Source of the DNA: the human T2T-CHM13v2.0 reference genome, Homo sapiens
Direction: 5' to 3' (one strand)
DNA length: 64,000 nucleotides
Assembly: GCF_009914755.1 (NCBI RefSeq)
Contig: NC_060928.1
A program made the translations under genes and the position numbers. The notes below the pieces were generated by a model that saw nothing but the letters and a program-made list of their open reading frames with translations, ran no database searches and had not been told where the DNA came from. Below are positions 25,526-41,302 of this stretch, piece by piece (the first letter of the stretch is position 1; the number at the start of each line of letters is the position of its first letter).

Positions 25526-28500
25526 AGTTGAAGCAACAAATAATGTAACAAAATGCCTATTCAAAATGACAAAGTAAACAATAATGGCTTCTTTCTTCTA
25601 TCAAGTACATTTGAGGTGATGACGGTCCTGAACCATCTCAGGGAACTAAATATTTAATAGATCACTCTCTTAACCCAATAGTTATTGGAAATTTCCAAAG
25701 GAAACTTATCAGTATAGATAATTGATAGAAAAACACACAAACAATTCCACAGAGGACAGGGAAGACTGCATCGTTAAGAGAGTAGAATTACATGCCTCAC
25801 AGGCTATCGGGGTGAGGTACCTGACAGAGAATGTGTGTCTAGCCTTGCACAAGCCAAGCAAAGTGTGGATCTGCAGGGAGAAGTGGCTGGCCCTCAATGA
25901 GCTGAGTGCTGGGCATTAGTCAACTGCTGATTCAGCCACAGATGCTAATCAGAACATCCAGAGAAGAAACCGGGCTGTATACTCCCCAAGAAATATCAGA
26001 TGTAGAGCCAGGATTGGCATGGACCTCAAGGACACAGGACAGACCTGAGGGTCTATTCCCTGTGCCCCCTCACAATTCCATACATGTCCTTGCACTCACA
26101 CATCAAACACTGTCTAGAGAGGAACATGGTGGAGAGCTGGAGAGCAGAAATAACAGACTGAAGTCTTTCTACTGCCTTGTGTGGGAGCTGTGAAGACGAG
26201 GTTAGTTACAAAGTTGTAGTTGGAGTAAGTTTGTGACCACATCACAGAGGAAAAAGCAGAATCTGCGTACACCTAATGTTTGTGCTTCTTGCCATTTATT
26301 CAATTCTATTGTTTCTCAGGCTTTTGTTTCCCATTTGCAACTCAGCACTGATGAAAATTTTTCCCTTTACCCTAAAACTGTTAGCCTGAATTCACGCCTG
26401 AAAACTGGCAAGAGGACCTACCCTACATTGTAAAGACAACCATGAACCATTCCAACCAGACACCTGCAGAGTCAGCCCCATGAAAAGAGGAACCCCTCCA
26501 AGACTATACTAGGGGGTGCCCCAGGAGGGGAAGAAAAATTGGCCAGTCGTCTGGGAATTACAGTGTTAGTGGAGAGTATTGAGTCCCTCATCCTCATCTA
26601 AGGAAGAGGCACTCCCTTCTCAATGCTCAGGTTTACTGGCAGCAGGGAAGATTCATGAGAAGGGAATGAAAGATGGTGGGATTATCTGCAAAAAACGGAA
26701 AAAAGGGAAGCCTGGTATTCTGATTTGCATTTAGATGCCTGGTTAGGCCACACTGCTGCTTTTCTCCTTATGCCCTCCTGAACAGGGGAAAAGGCGAGAT
26801 GGAGAGAGGGGAGAGGAATAAGGCAGGGGGCACCCACAACTCTGGCATGGAAAGGAAGTGTGTTTCTCATGAGTCAAGTGGAACCCTCCAGAGGGAGTTT
26901 CCACTGCATGAGGGGAAGCCAGTAGCAGTGGGCTCAGGGTGGACTATGAGGGTCTAGGGCTGGAGACTGGACTAGACCCAGGTTTCTCATCTCAGAGAAC
27001 TGTGCCCCAGGAGCCCAAGGAGGGCGTCCCATGGACCACACACATGTGCTCAAGGACAGGGTCAGCACGGGGGTCTGCCTGGAAGAAGGCTGGACGGCCA
27101 GTCAGTGAGAGCTGGAGGGGCAACAATGACCCGGCCTGGGAGCCCTGCAGCTGAGTCCTGTTAAACAGTGATATCTTCCTGCTCCCCACAATCCAGCCTC
27201 CTGCTCACTATTATCCAGGGCTCAAAGCTGTCAAGGGCATGGAGGAGATAGGGAAAAAGCAAAACATGTCCCTTTTCTTCGCTTACTTCACAAGCATAGC
27301 CAGAGATGGCAGAAGGGAAAGCTTTGAATTAGATATGAGACTGGAATTTTAATATGCACAAGACTGAATTCTAATTTGTTAATTCTAAACAGAAAGATAT
27401 TCAGAAAGTTCTAATATCTGCCCAAGATGACATTCAAGGATGGGAAAGGGAATTCAAGTGATATGGGCTGAGAGTAGTGACTGAAAAAATAGAAAGCCAT
27501 TTCATTTTTATAGCCTCAAAAAACTGCTTTCACAATGAATGTGGAATTATGAAGTTAGATCAGAATAATGGAGACGATTTTGTAAGGAAAGCAGAAAGAA
27601 TGCTGACACTTATTGTACAGACATTAATAGGTAAGTAATTTGCAAGGGGTCTATGTCTATTACCTCATTTAATTCCTACAGTGAACAGTGTATTACTCTC
27701 CTCAATTTAACTGAAGCCGAGAGAAATTAAAACTTGCTCAGGGACACAAAGCTAATGAATGATAAATCTGATATTAAATATAGGTAAATACAGTGTCAAA
27801 GGCAGTACTTATTCCACTTGTACTCTACTGCCACCAACTGTGGTGGACTGTGAGACATTTTTCATACTAAAACTTCCATTGTGTCTGCTTTAATTATGTC
27901 TAATCTAGTATGAAAAGACACTTTATGGTAATAGTATACTTTAGTTGAACCTGTCAATGGTATATGATGATTCTTTGTCAGTTCAAATACTAATTCCCTA
28001 TTTTAAAACAAAAAGGTACAGTTTTGCCTTTACTGTGAGTTTCCTTTGTTTGGGTGGTGTACTTTGGTGCCATGGAGATGATATTCGCAGACAGATGTTA
28101 ATGCGTCATTATAAACACTGCCTGTTCTTGCTCTCTCATGAAAATGAAGAGTTCTGTTAGTATTTCATGGAACATCGCCACCTGGATTTGACTCAAACCT
28201 TCTCTTTTGACACGTTTTCACTCTGAATGACTAGTTTCCTTTTTGTTTGCTTCTAGTTCAGATTTCGGAGGTCATATTTCAATGTCCATTGTGAAAAGTG
28301 AATGGTGGGAGAAGGAGGAGGCAGAATGTAGGTTGGGCAGAGAAGATGGCCTTTTAAAAATGTTTTTATGCTGGAGACTTTTAATAGAACAATTCTGACA
28401 GCAAGCATTGAGTGAGTGGTTTATTCAGATATTCCCATCTGAAGAATTCCATGATCCTAAAAACACAGATCAATTTTTCTGATATTTATCTACTCCCTTA

Positions 28501-29135
28501 GCTTCCCCAAATTTGATAATTGCCCAATTTTGAGAGTGAATATTTGACTCTGTGCTCAATATCTGATTAAGTCTTACTAGTGCATTTGTGTTGAACCTAA
28601 GTCTCAAATGCCTCTTCTACATTCCGTATTTTATTACCCTTCTGTTTGGAACCAATCAAGGACATTTTCTCTTACACTACAGATATTCAGTAGTTTTATA
28701 TCTTAAGAACTCATATGCTCTTAGTCATAACATTTATATTCATTTGGACCTTTTTTTTTTATTTGACCTGGGATTCATTCCAAGCAGTAAATAGCTGGTC
28801 TTATAGCCGTAGTCTCTCATCAACACCCAGAAAGGCATCTCTGAGTTGAAGAGGAAAAAAATGAATAAAACAAAAGAGGGGGTCAATATAGACTTTATTA
28901 ATAATGTATTAGAAATCAAGAGGTTGAATTAACTCACATCTGTACTTCAGACCAATTAAAGGGGGGAAAGAAATGTAAATAAAGTCTGTAATTATACCCG
29001 GAAGTTTTAAGGTAAAACTTTAGAAGGCATACTTCTAACATTCCATACAAGTCTTACATTTTGATTCTGTGTTCACAGTTAGACTCTAACTGGAGGCCTG
29101 ATGAATGGATTTATGGAGGCAGGAGACCAGCTTAA

Positions 29136-29568
<433 letters not shown>

Positions 29569-31669
29569 GAGATCAGCTTAATCTTATCTGTCCTTGTTGG
29601 TTTTGTGGCTGTCCTTCTTATTATAAGCATCGGTACTTCTATCTTTCTTTTCCATTCTATCTTTACGATGGTATAGGAACAAATGCTTTATAAAACCCAA
29701 TGAACAAGAAAATCATCCAAATAATGACGCAGACTCTGCTTTATTGACAAAGAAGGTGACGTTCCGAAAGGAAGTCATTGGTCAGAAGACCATGCAAAAT
29801 GAGTTTGCTCAAAATATTGAATGCCACGTATTGTATGAATGTCTGAATTTGACAGATGGGAGGTGACTTAGAGTTGTCAATACATAATATATACAAGTAT
29901 AGTTTGTATGAAAGTTGAACTTCAGAAAATTTTAGTCTAAATTTTACATTTGCATTTTACCACATTAAGTCTAGATTTGGTGGTATGTGTAGAGGAAAAA
30001 AAGTTACAAATATCCCACCTAGATTATCTTGAATGCCTCTGCTGTCAACTTTAAGGGCGACTTGTGGTGCTATTCCTGACCTAATATCTGCAGAAGGCTG
30101 CAGGCTATGGCCATCGTGGGCTGGTGTGTATTAAAAGAAGCTGGAGATCGTGAATTGGTTAATGCATAGTTGGTTGGATGAAACTGCTTAAAAGCAGCTA
30201 TTTAAATTCACATCACCAGTCAAGTGACAATGTGAAAGGGGTGATTGTATTATCTTTAGCGCTTGTTTACTCTTTTTGAGGTGAAAGGACAGGAGCAAAC
30301 GCCTGGATTCACTTTTGAAAACGATGGTAGCTATCAAGTTCTCTGAGTATTCCTATAAGCCCTCCCTTCCAAGCAGTATGTCCTTCCTACTGAGTGGTTA
30401 TTTGAAAAGCTCAGTGAGGAAAAGCTCTTTGAACTGTATTTTTTCTTTTCAGCTGAATGAGAACATCTGAAAGTCCATCTCCCATTTTCTTTCATTGACA
30501 CTAACTCACTTTGACAGTCTGTACCCAATAGAACTATATATCACAATGTGAACTAGAGTTGGCCAGACATTTCAATGCTTACCAGCCCTGAACTCACAAG
30601 GCCATTTTTAGCTTCTAGTTTGTTTGTAGACTGCTGTTCAAGGTAAGCTCCTATGTAAAGTGACTGCCTTTGTTCTTCATGAAATTCAGTTTTATTTCTT
30701 AGGCAATATAATTTTTTGTTTTTTATTACATTGCAAAACACTTTAGGACTCCAAGAAAGTAATTTTGCCTTATTTTCCATTCACTATTTGTCCATTTGTA
30801 AGTTTATGACAAAACCAGATGTCCATCACAGCAATGAGAATCAGATACTTGATGAATACATATAAATTATGCACATAAAACTAGGTGCAGTTTTGTCCAT
30901 GAAGTACATGTTCACTTGAGGCTTCAAAGAGTTCTGCTTTATATTCATTTAAATGAATGGTATAATTTTTGCATGATTTTTCTTGATACTTTTGAAATTG
31001 TTCCAAACTTGAATCCATTACTATTAGATACTGTTTATACCATGATAATATAAAAGTTAGAATTTTGATTATATATGTGTTACTTCATCTATTGCTAGAG
31101 GAAATAATTTCATGGCTTCATAACTTGGTGGAAGAAATTACATTTGAAACATGCAGCTTCTATTCCTGTTTTGTCCTGTTCCTAATTACATTATGACACT
31201 CTATGTGTTCCCAATTTGAACAAATAGCTGTAACCTGATGAAGCCATCTCTGTCTCTATTTTTCAGTGCCTAACATTTGGGTATTTATTGAATGCTTTGA
31301 CTGACTAAAGCATGGGGACTTTGTTATAACATGAGCTTTTAGTCTAAGCAATTGTTTCTAAGCAAAGCCCTTAAATGTATTCTTTAAAATACTTCATTTT
31401 ATCTTAATGGATGAGACACTGTTTGAGGATAAATAATTCTTGCTTTTGAGCATTTTATCTTCTAGTGAGGAATAAGCATGTATACACTCCAACATAATCT
31501 GTGCAGCACTGTGTTATCAAGAGGTAAGAGAGTGTGGGAGGGCGCAGGGGAGGGAGAGATTGTCATAAGACTCTTCTAATTGAAGAGAGTGTAACATATC
31601 CAAAAGATAGTTAAGAACTTGACACACAGAAATGAGGTTGAGGAAGGAAGTGGGTGGGGCACCACAAAC

Positions 31670-32555
31670 ATCGCAATGGCTTGGAATAAAATTCAAACTC
31701 CTTTCTTTAGCATCCAAGGCCCAGATCAGTGATTTTCCTCTTTGGCTGAAGGTCAGAATCCAACTCATGAACTCCAAAATCTGACGCCTAAACTTCATCC
31801 CCAGAGATTCTGATTTATTTCAAACCAAGGTAACCCTTAGCATAGAACCAGAGCTGACACTTACTGATCAGAGTGATCTGGCCCTGGCCTGCCTTTCAGG
31901 CCTTACTTCCTATCACATTCTTCTGTGTTCATTTAGCTCCTGCCATCCGCTGACCCCACTCCCTCCAGCCCAGCAGCTTCTATTCCTCTAAAGCACAGCT
32001 TTACGAAGGATGACTCGTTGCTCCTGGACTATTATTTCTGAGATAATAATAACAGCTGATATTTGCTGAGGACACACAATGTCCCCAGGACCCAGACAGC
32101 ACATACACTGTAAAATGTATTAACTCATTTAATCCTCCCCACAAATTGATGAGTCGTCTTTATTTTCTGGTGGAAGAGCCTGACGTACAGAGCTGTGATG
32201 TCACGCCCAAGTGGTTGCAGAGCTGGGATTGGAAGTGATAAGGCTGGTGCTCAGAGCCCTGAAGCCCAACACTCAAGCTACCATTTTCATTTTTTCTCTT
32301 CATATCATTTAAGCCTTGATCCAAAGGTTACCTTCTCAGAGCATTGCTTGACTAACCTCACTCCCATTTCTCTAATGCTTTACTCTGCAATTGCAATCAG
32401 TGTTCATTTATATATTTACTTAATTTTTTTTCTAATACAATGTAAACTCCACAAAGGCTGACTATATCTGCTTGTTCACCATTGTATTTCTAGTACCATA
32501 AAAATGGCACATAGAAGGTTTTCAACAAATATGTATTAAAGGAAAGAATGAATTT
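31670..32555 (+). mobile_element. L2 fragments with embedded MIR and MER5-like pieces
   Basis: ataaaattcaaactcct...aaggcc; tgtaaactccac...cttgttcaccattgtatttctagtacc...ggcacatag...caacaaatat L2 3' end; MIR core tcatttaatcctc near 32125. Confidence 0.55.
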
Positions 32556-33596
32556 CTGGTGTAACAAGTATTCAAGGGAGAATACAATTGCTTCAGGCAC
32601 TACTCTTTCCTGGTATTTGTCTGGCATAATGATTTCATGATTTGAAATTCCAAAGAAAGGGCAGCTAAGGGGTGTTTGATTTCATATACTCAGCCCACAT
32701 TTCAATATTCCCTGAACCTAAGCATTACAGTGGATGCCTATAGGCAACATCTTTGCTTGTTAAGCAAGCATCCATTGTGCCCTGTTTTCTTGCTGGCAAA
32801 GCATTAATATTGCCCTGGTTTTTCTTCTCCAGGAGGCTTCGGTAGTGACTGGTGAGAGCGTGAGCCCATCACAGTGGGTCTGTCCCCTTTGCTGATCATT
32901 CAGGTTGGGCAAGTGTCACAGTCCTGGCAATTGAGACCTGAGTGAAGTTCTGCAGGGGATCCTCTGGTAAAGATCTTTTTGCTCTTAAAAATGTAGACAA
33001 GAGAGTGAGCCCCTCCACCCTTATACACCAACATGGTCAGGTATGAAAGGAATCCCTGCAGCTGCAGTTACATCTTGAGACAATGAGGTTAGATGGCCTA
33101 ATAGTGAAGAATACTGGATTTGGAGTCAAAATCTGGCTTCAAATTCCAACGCCGCCCCTTGCTAGCTACATGGTCTTGTGTTAGTTGGCTAATCTCTCTG
33201 TGCCTCATTTACCCTTTCTGTAAAATGTGTAATATTAGTGCTTATTTCAGAGAATATTTGAGGATACATGAGTTAATATGTATTTAAAGTTCCTTCATTT
33301 GTAAAAATAAAAATAAGGGGTCAACTTCATAGGACTATTGTGAAGAATACATGAATTAAAACATATCTGAGGTACTTAAACTAAGGCTGGCACATAGATA
33401 GTGTTAATAATTATTAGCTAAAAACAAAACAAAATAGTGGGAGGACAGAGCCAAGACAATCTCATGAAAGCGGAACTGAACCTTGATTGTACTGAACTTG
33501 GGACCATTCCTTTATATCAGATTTTAAAAATTTATACTGTCATCATTTAAACCATTAAAATCAGAGTTTTCTGTGTGTCCTCCAGTGAAAGTCTAT

Positions 33597-33988
<392 letters not shown>

Positions 33989-35539
33989 TAATGACCAATA
34001 TAGCCAACAACAATTATAGGGCACAGCTCTGCAAGGAGACACTGTTAATGCCCTAGAATCATGCAGGGCTTTAAGAATCTTTATCTCAGGCTAAAGCAAC
34101 AGGGAAAGCTTTATATTTTGTTTCCTTCCAAATCTAGCTCCCATGACGAAAATCTTCAAGTCCAGAACATGCAGTGTTTAATTATCTAACAACTACTGAA
34201 TCTCATTTGAGCAAAAACAATTTGATCGATGGGTCCAGCTGTGACCATTGTGTAGCGTGAATTTTCTGATCACTTTAAAATGTTGGCTATGCAGCTGTCA
34301 TCTGGAACTTTAGAATGCACTAGCATTAAAATGCCACAGCTATTTTACAGACCCGTCTGTATCCATGAGAGAGATGACATTCTTCAGGGGATCTTCAGTA
34401 TACAATTTGTTACATATTCTAGAGATGCTGTAATCAGTGTTAATGTTTTCATTTCTCTTAAATTCCTGTATTAGTGTTTCTGAGCAATTTAGAATGGGGT
34501 TACCTCAGGATAGCTTTTGCCTAGTAAAGGACTATTTGTTGAAGTTCTGTTTTGCTTCTCCCTACACAATGCTGCTTAACATGACTGAGACTGTGGAATG
34601 GGATTCTTGTTTTTTATATTCTCACAATTCATACTAATGATTAGGGAGACTATGGGAGGAAGGGTCAGTACAGAATCTTTCTCACCACAGCTGTCAGTTG
34701 GCAGGAGGACAAAGGGCAAGCCAGAAGGAGTAAGACTGCTTCTCTTTGAGTCAGGGAAGCATGGAGATGATGCAGTAGCTGGCTCCAGGTTTGTATTTGA
34801 GTCATCTCTGATACTTAGGGTACATTAGTTAGTTTTATCCCCATCTTCCATAGAAACTATCTGCACTTCCCTTGCAGAAGTACAGGGGTAGGATTAGAGA
34901 TAGTAATTTCTACAGCAACTTAAGTGAGAAGAAGGATCTGGAGTTTCCAAATGGCCAAGGAATGCAAGACAACTTTTTAATATAAAATGATTTTAAATGA
35001 TGTCTATATCTTCCTTTTCTGTGCTGCAGTGACATGCCTATTCCCAAGTCTGCACAAATAAAAGCAATCTAAATGTAAAGAGCATATATTGATATCCAAT
35101 CCTGAACAAATGGATCATTTATTTGCTTTCAAAGTGACCTTTCCCATTTTCAAACCAAAGGAGAGAAAAATTATCATTTAGCTGGAAGTGTCTGTTTGAC
35201 ATTATAGGAGGGTGAAGAAATTTTTTTCGGGCTACTTCTCTATGGTATCTATAAACATTAATAGTGTGGTCCACTATATAGAAGTGTAGCTCTCTCTCTC
35301 TCTCTCTCTTTTTCTCTTTAATCATATTGCTGCTGTAAACCCAGAAGAAATCTGTAGCTAGTGATATGGTTTGGCTCTATGTCCTCACCCAAATCTCATC
35401 TCAAATTGTAATTCCCATGTGTCAGGGGAGGGTCCTGGTGGGAGGCGATTGGATCATGGGGGCGGTTTCCCCATGCTGTTCTTGTAACAGTGAGGGAGTC
35501 TTCAGGAGAGCTAATGGTTTTAAGTGTGGCACTTCCCTG

Positions 35540-36034
35540 TGTGTCTGGAGTTGGTTCCTTCTGGTGGGTTTGTGGTCTTGCTGACTGCAAGAATGAAGCC
35601 GTGGACCTTTGTGGTGAGTGTTATAGTTCTTAAAGATGGCATGGACCCAAAGAGTGAGTGGTAGCAAGGTTTATTGTGAAGAGTGAAAGAACAAAGTTCC
35701 CACAGCTTGGAAGGGGACCCGAGCAGGTTGCCACTGCTGGCTGGAGTGGCCAGCTTTTATTCCCTTATTTGTCCCCTCCCATGTTCCGTTTTTGTCCTAT
35801 CAGAGTGCCCTTTTTTCAATCCTCCCTGTGATTGGCTACTTTTAGGATCTGGCTGATTGGTGTGTTTTACAGAGCGCTGATTGGTGCATTTTACAGTCCT
35901 CTTGCTAGCTACAGAGCGCTGATTGGTGCCTTTTTACAGAGCGCTGATTGGTGCATCTTACAATCCTCTTGCTGGACAGAAAAGTTCTCCAAGTCCCTAC
36001 TCAACCCAGGAAGTCCAGCTGGCTTCACCTTTCA
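35540..36034 (-). mobile_element. ERV9-family solo LTR (LTR12/LTR12F-like)
   Basis: Minus strand begins tgaaaggtgaagccagctgg...gggacttggagaacttttctgtc and ends ccaactccagacaca; five CCAAT boxes (attgg at ~35831, 35856, 35880, 35922, 35947) and an AATAAAAG TATA-like box at ~35754-35761. Confidence 0.88.
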
Positions 36035-36112
36035 TTCTTTCTTTCACTGTCTGTCCTGCCACCATATAACTTGTGCCTTGCTTCCCTCTGCCTTCCACTA
36101 TGAAAGTTTTCT

Positions 36113-36380
36113 GGCCGTGTGCAGTGACTCACGCCTGTAATCCTAGCACTTTGGGAGGCAGAGGCAGGCGGATCACCTGATGTCAGGAGTTCAAGATGAG
36201 CCTGGCCAACATGGTGAAACCCCATCTCTACTAAAAATGCAAAAAATTAGCCAGATGTATTGGTGTACGTCTGTAGTCCCAGCTCCTCGGGGAGGCTGAG
36301 GCAAGACAATTGCCTGAACCCCGGAGGCAGAGGTTTCAGTGAGCCGAGATTGCGCCACTGCACTCCAGCCTAGGCGACAG
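36113..36380 (+). mobile_element. Alu lacking its poly(A) tail
   Basis: ggccgtgtgcagtgactcacgcc...ccagcctaggcgacag then resumes MST sequence. Confidence 0.88.
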
Positions 36381-36578
36381 AAACATGCCGAACTGAGTCA
36401 ATTAAACATCTTTTCTTCATAAATTACCCAGTCTCAGGTAGTATTTTTATAGCAGTGTGAGAACAGACTAATACAGCCAGTTAGGAATGTTAACGTGGGA
36501 ACAGTTTGTGACCTTGACCATCATAGGCACTGAGCAAATGCTAGCTGATGTGTTCAGTAATACTGAGAAAGAGAATAA

Positions 36579-36918
<340 letters not shown>

Positions 36919-38371
36919 CAGACTTTTTTGTTAGGAAACCATTCCATGTGAAGTAGAAAATCTTCTACAGTTGTCAGGGTTATTTATCCACATAAAATAT
37001 TTTGACCTTTGTTTTCTTTTAGCGAAACTGAATTTTCCAAGTTTGACCTCCTCTGATCAATTGTATCTTCATCTCTTGTAGGTGACATCAGCCACTAAGG
37101 ATTTTAGTTCTTTTTATGTAGAGACATATTTTCTTGTTTTTACTATTTTTCAGGTCTAATGGTAAAAGGTTTAAACTTGTTTATGTTTTCCATTGAAAAT
37201 TACTAGGAAAGCAATCCTATTGCAATGCAGCTGGTGCTGATCTCATGAGAAGTTCTGGTCAAAGAGAAGGAATGAAATGGTATAGCTGTAAAGAAAACAA
37301 TCAAATGGACATGTAGTTAAGTTTGGCTGGTATCTCCAAGTTTGGGATCATAGTGATTATTGCAGGAAGAGATCAATAAAACATATTTCAAAAATTGTTT
37401 TTGTTGCTTTTCCTTTTTATTTCAGGATATATGATTAGAGGATGGGAGGAGGTCACAAAGCTTGTAGAAAACTGCATAGTTAGAAGTATTCCTAGAGCAT
37501 TTCCTCTTTTTATAAAAATGCATAATATGGTTAACAATTACAATGTTAATTCCAATTTTTCTTAGTAAACTAAAAGAAAAATCACATAGAATGTATTTTT
37601 TTAAGCAAAAGAGCATTTATCTGCTTCAATCTCAAAGTGGTTTGTATTTAACATACGGAAATTTTTGTTTTTATATTTGTTACCTAGAAGACTGTGCGGT
37701 TTTTGTGTCCTTTGCCTTGGAAAAATTTTTTATAATTTCTATGATACAGAAAACTTTTCTATATATTTAAGTGGTCAGTTGTATTATATTTATTCACACC
37801 TGCTTATAAAATCTTTTAAAATGTCCGTATACTGTATAAAAATCTGTCTTTCCCCTTCCAGTTGGTCAGGTACAGAAAAAAAAAGAAATTTAAAATATAA
37901 AGAGGTTTAGGCATCAAAGATAGACTAAGAGATGTAATATTTATCTAGCAGAAGTTCCACAAGAAAAGACAATGGAAAGAGGATAAACTAAATTAAAAGG
38001 AATAATACGTGATTTTTCCAGACTGATAAATAAACAGTTCCTCAGATAGAGATAGAAGAAACATGAGTCTTGAACAATAAATAGAAAAACTGCAGAAAAA
38101 CCAAGATGAAGGTAAAAATATTAAAAGAAGCATTGATGAACCATAAATTATAAGCAATGATTCACAAGAATTATAATTTGTCTGAAGCAAATTTTACATT
38201 AGCAAAAACTGATTGTAGAAAAAAAAACCTTGACAATACTGAGAGAAAATGGCTATCAACACAAAGTATCATTTAATAATGAGGCTAAAATAAAGATATT
38301 TAACACAATGGTGGATTCTTATCACTCATAGAATTTATCTTAAAGAACCATTAGATGATGACATTTATTAA

Positions 38372-38693
<322 letters not shown>

Positions 38694-39221
38694 TATAGTT
38701 TTTTTTTTTAAGAAGATATATTTACATAAATATTTGTGTAAAATATAATAATTTAACAGTGATAAAGACACATATGGAATTTTGAGTACATAGGGAAACT
38801 AATATACTAGGCAAAAATTACAAAGATATGTGGGTCAAAGCATTCTAAAACCCTTTTGTTGTTTAAGAGTAAAACAGAAATATTATCATACACCTTTAGG
38901 AAGTCAAGTATGCACATTAAAATTTTAAGGGTAACAAATAAAAGAATAGGATCTTATATAAAGTTAGAGTGAAGGTGAGTGACCTGAAAGGAAAATCTAA
39001 TGATATTGTTTAGAATGCACTAAAAAATAAGCATATGTAAAAATTAAAGAGATTTTAAGATACAGAGATTTAGAAAGTTTAAGAAATCGCTAATTGAAGT
39101 TCCAGAGGAATAGAACAATAAAAAGAGAAAATATTTGAAAACATACTGAGACTATTCTAGAGTTGATAAGAGATTATAATTTGCAAATTCAAGAAGTCAA
39201 ATAATTAAAAGCATAGCTACA

Positions 39222-39600
39222 TTGTGTAAGGCTATATTATTATTCCCAAATACTTGCTACTCCTTCCTGCAGAGGAAAATATCTGTTCACCCAGTGGATA
39301 TTGGGTGTGGTAACGTAACTTGCATTAGTTAATGAAATAAAAGCAGAAGCAGCACATGTCTCTTCTGATTAGAGGCTTAGGAGCTAGCATGTTTTGCCAT
39401 TCTTTCTTTTTCTTTTGCCGTAATTACTGGAAATGCCCTAAATTAAGGCTCTTCTGTCAGCCTAGATGTCACATTAATGGAACATGGTGCAAAGCCATGG
39501 GTAACTTGTAATCGATGTGTGGCATAGAGGAGACATTAACATTTGTTGCTCTATTTATTGATATATATTTGAGAGGTTTGTTGTTAACACTTTTAAACTA
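39222..39600 (+). mobile_element. Old MaLR LTR (MLT1-type)
   Basis: tattattattcccaaatacttgctactcc...gtaacttgcattagttaatgaaat...ttctgtcagcctag. Confidence 0.55.
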
Positions 39601-39602
39601 GA

Positions 39603-39818
39603 CAGCAGTTCTCAATAGACAGAGATTTTGCCTCTCAAGGAACATGTCAATGTCTGGAGACATTTTTGGTTAGCACAGCTAGACGTTGTGGTGCTACTGA
39701 CATCTAGAGGACAGTGGCCAGGAGCGCTACTAAACATCCTACAAGATACAGGACAGCCCCCACAACAAGACTTTTTCAGCCCATAAGATGTCATCGGTGC
39801 CAAGGCTGGCAACCTCTG
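39603..39818 (+). mobile_element. MER20
   Basis: cagcagttctcaa...caatgtctggagacatttttggtt...gctactgacatctag...aaacatcctacaa...acagccccacaaca. Confidence 0.85.
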
Positions 39819-40877
39819 ATCTAGCCTATCCTAACGATTTTATATACCCAGACACATTATAGTGAAACTGCAGGTCACCAAAGACACAGTGTTGTTAAAA
39901 GCAACCACAGCAAATGGACTGATTATAATAAAAATACTATAAAAAGCAAGATAGGCTTCTTTAAGTTCCACATTATAAGCTTTTCAACCCAAGGACCAAA
40001 GTTGGACTCACACTTAGATAGGAAATTTTCGGTGAAATGAACATACATATATCAAAACATAAAAGAGAGAAATTTGCAAATTCATGTGTCCACATTATTC
40101 CCGAGCCAGACTCTGGCTACTGTGTTGATTGGTGTTGAAAATTAATGACTTTGTTGTATTCCGTGATAATGTGCAGTCATAAGATAAAGCATTTTAAGGT
40201 ATTTTCCATTATGTGACCCATCAATGAAAAATTCATTATTTAAAATCCCTGGGAAAATTAATAGATATACCAATTACATGCACAACAAATGGAAATATAA
40301 AAATAACCTTTATAATTCATTCACTATGAATTATTATGTACTTTGGCCAAAGGTGACCAATAGCCACATAGAGTCAAGGTTTAAATTTATAATTATGATT
40401 TTTTTTTTAATGTTGATATCAGGGATTATAGAGAAAAGATAGCAAACAAATTAAAGTTATGAAGAGAATACAAAGCATGCAATCCTGACAGCATACAAAT
40501 TGGTTTCACAGAGCATTTTGGTCTAGATGTTAATGAGAATTTGTTGGACTAGTTTCATCTGTGATTTTAATAGTCTTCATATATTTATTTTACTCCACGT
40601 ATTTTCTCACAGCACAGGTGTTGCATGTAGGACAAGTTGACACAATTAATAGTTACTTTTCTCAGACTGACAGTTTAAATATATCTTGTGATCGATAATA
40701 ACTGGACATATTACTTATTTTCCAGATGTCTTCACGCAGTATAAGAAAACGAGCAAATAAATAAAATGGTTTTTTCCTCAACAACTTGAAAAAAATTAAA
40801 GTAGAAAAAACTTTATTTTAATTTCATTTTGTCTGTATTTGAACCTAACAATCACTTTCTGAAATACTTCTCTCCCT

Positions 40878-41035
40878 TTTTTTTTTCAGAGACAGGGTCT
40901 CACTCTGTTGCTGAGGCTGTAGTGAAGTGGCAGAATCATAGCTCTCTGCAACCTTGCACTCCTGGGCTCAAGCAATCCTGATACCTCAGCCTCTCGAGTA
41001 GCTGGGACTATAGGAATACGCCACTGTACCTGGCA
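40878..41035 (-). mobile_element. Alu monomer (FRAM/AluJ-like)
   Basis: gagacagggtctcactctgttgc...gggctcaagcaatcc. Confidence 0.8.
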
Positions 41036-41302
41036 CTCCATATTTTTCTAAATGTTTGTTTCAGATGATGTTCTACCCATAACGTACTCACTCAGTACCA
41101 CAAATTACTATTTGATATTTTGTTTTCACATTAAAATTGTCTTTATGAAAAACAAATAGAACTGAATTTTGTCAAGTCTTAAAAGTGATCTCTAGAATGC
41201 CTCTGTATTCCATTTGCAAATATGTACTACCAAGACTTTATTTTGAGAATTGTACTATGAAAGCCTTTACATGCGGTTGTCAAAGCGGTAAATGAAATAG
41301 GA

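Larger units (their letters stand above)
35362..36475 (+). mobile_element. MSTA/MSTB MaLR solo LTR split by LTR12 and Alu insertions
   Basis: tgatatggtttggctct...cccaaatctcatc start; ataaattacccagtctcaggta...gactaataca end; 5-bp TSD gctag/gccag. Confidence 0.88.
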
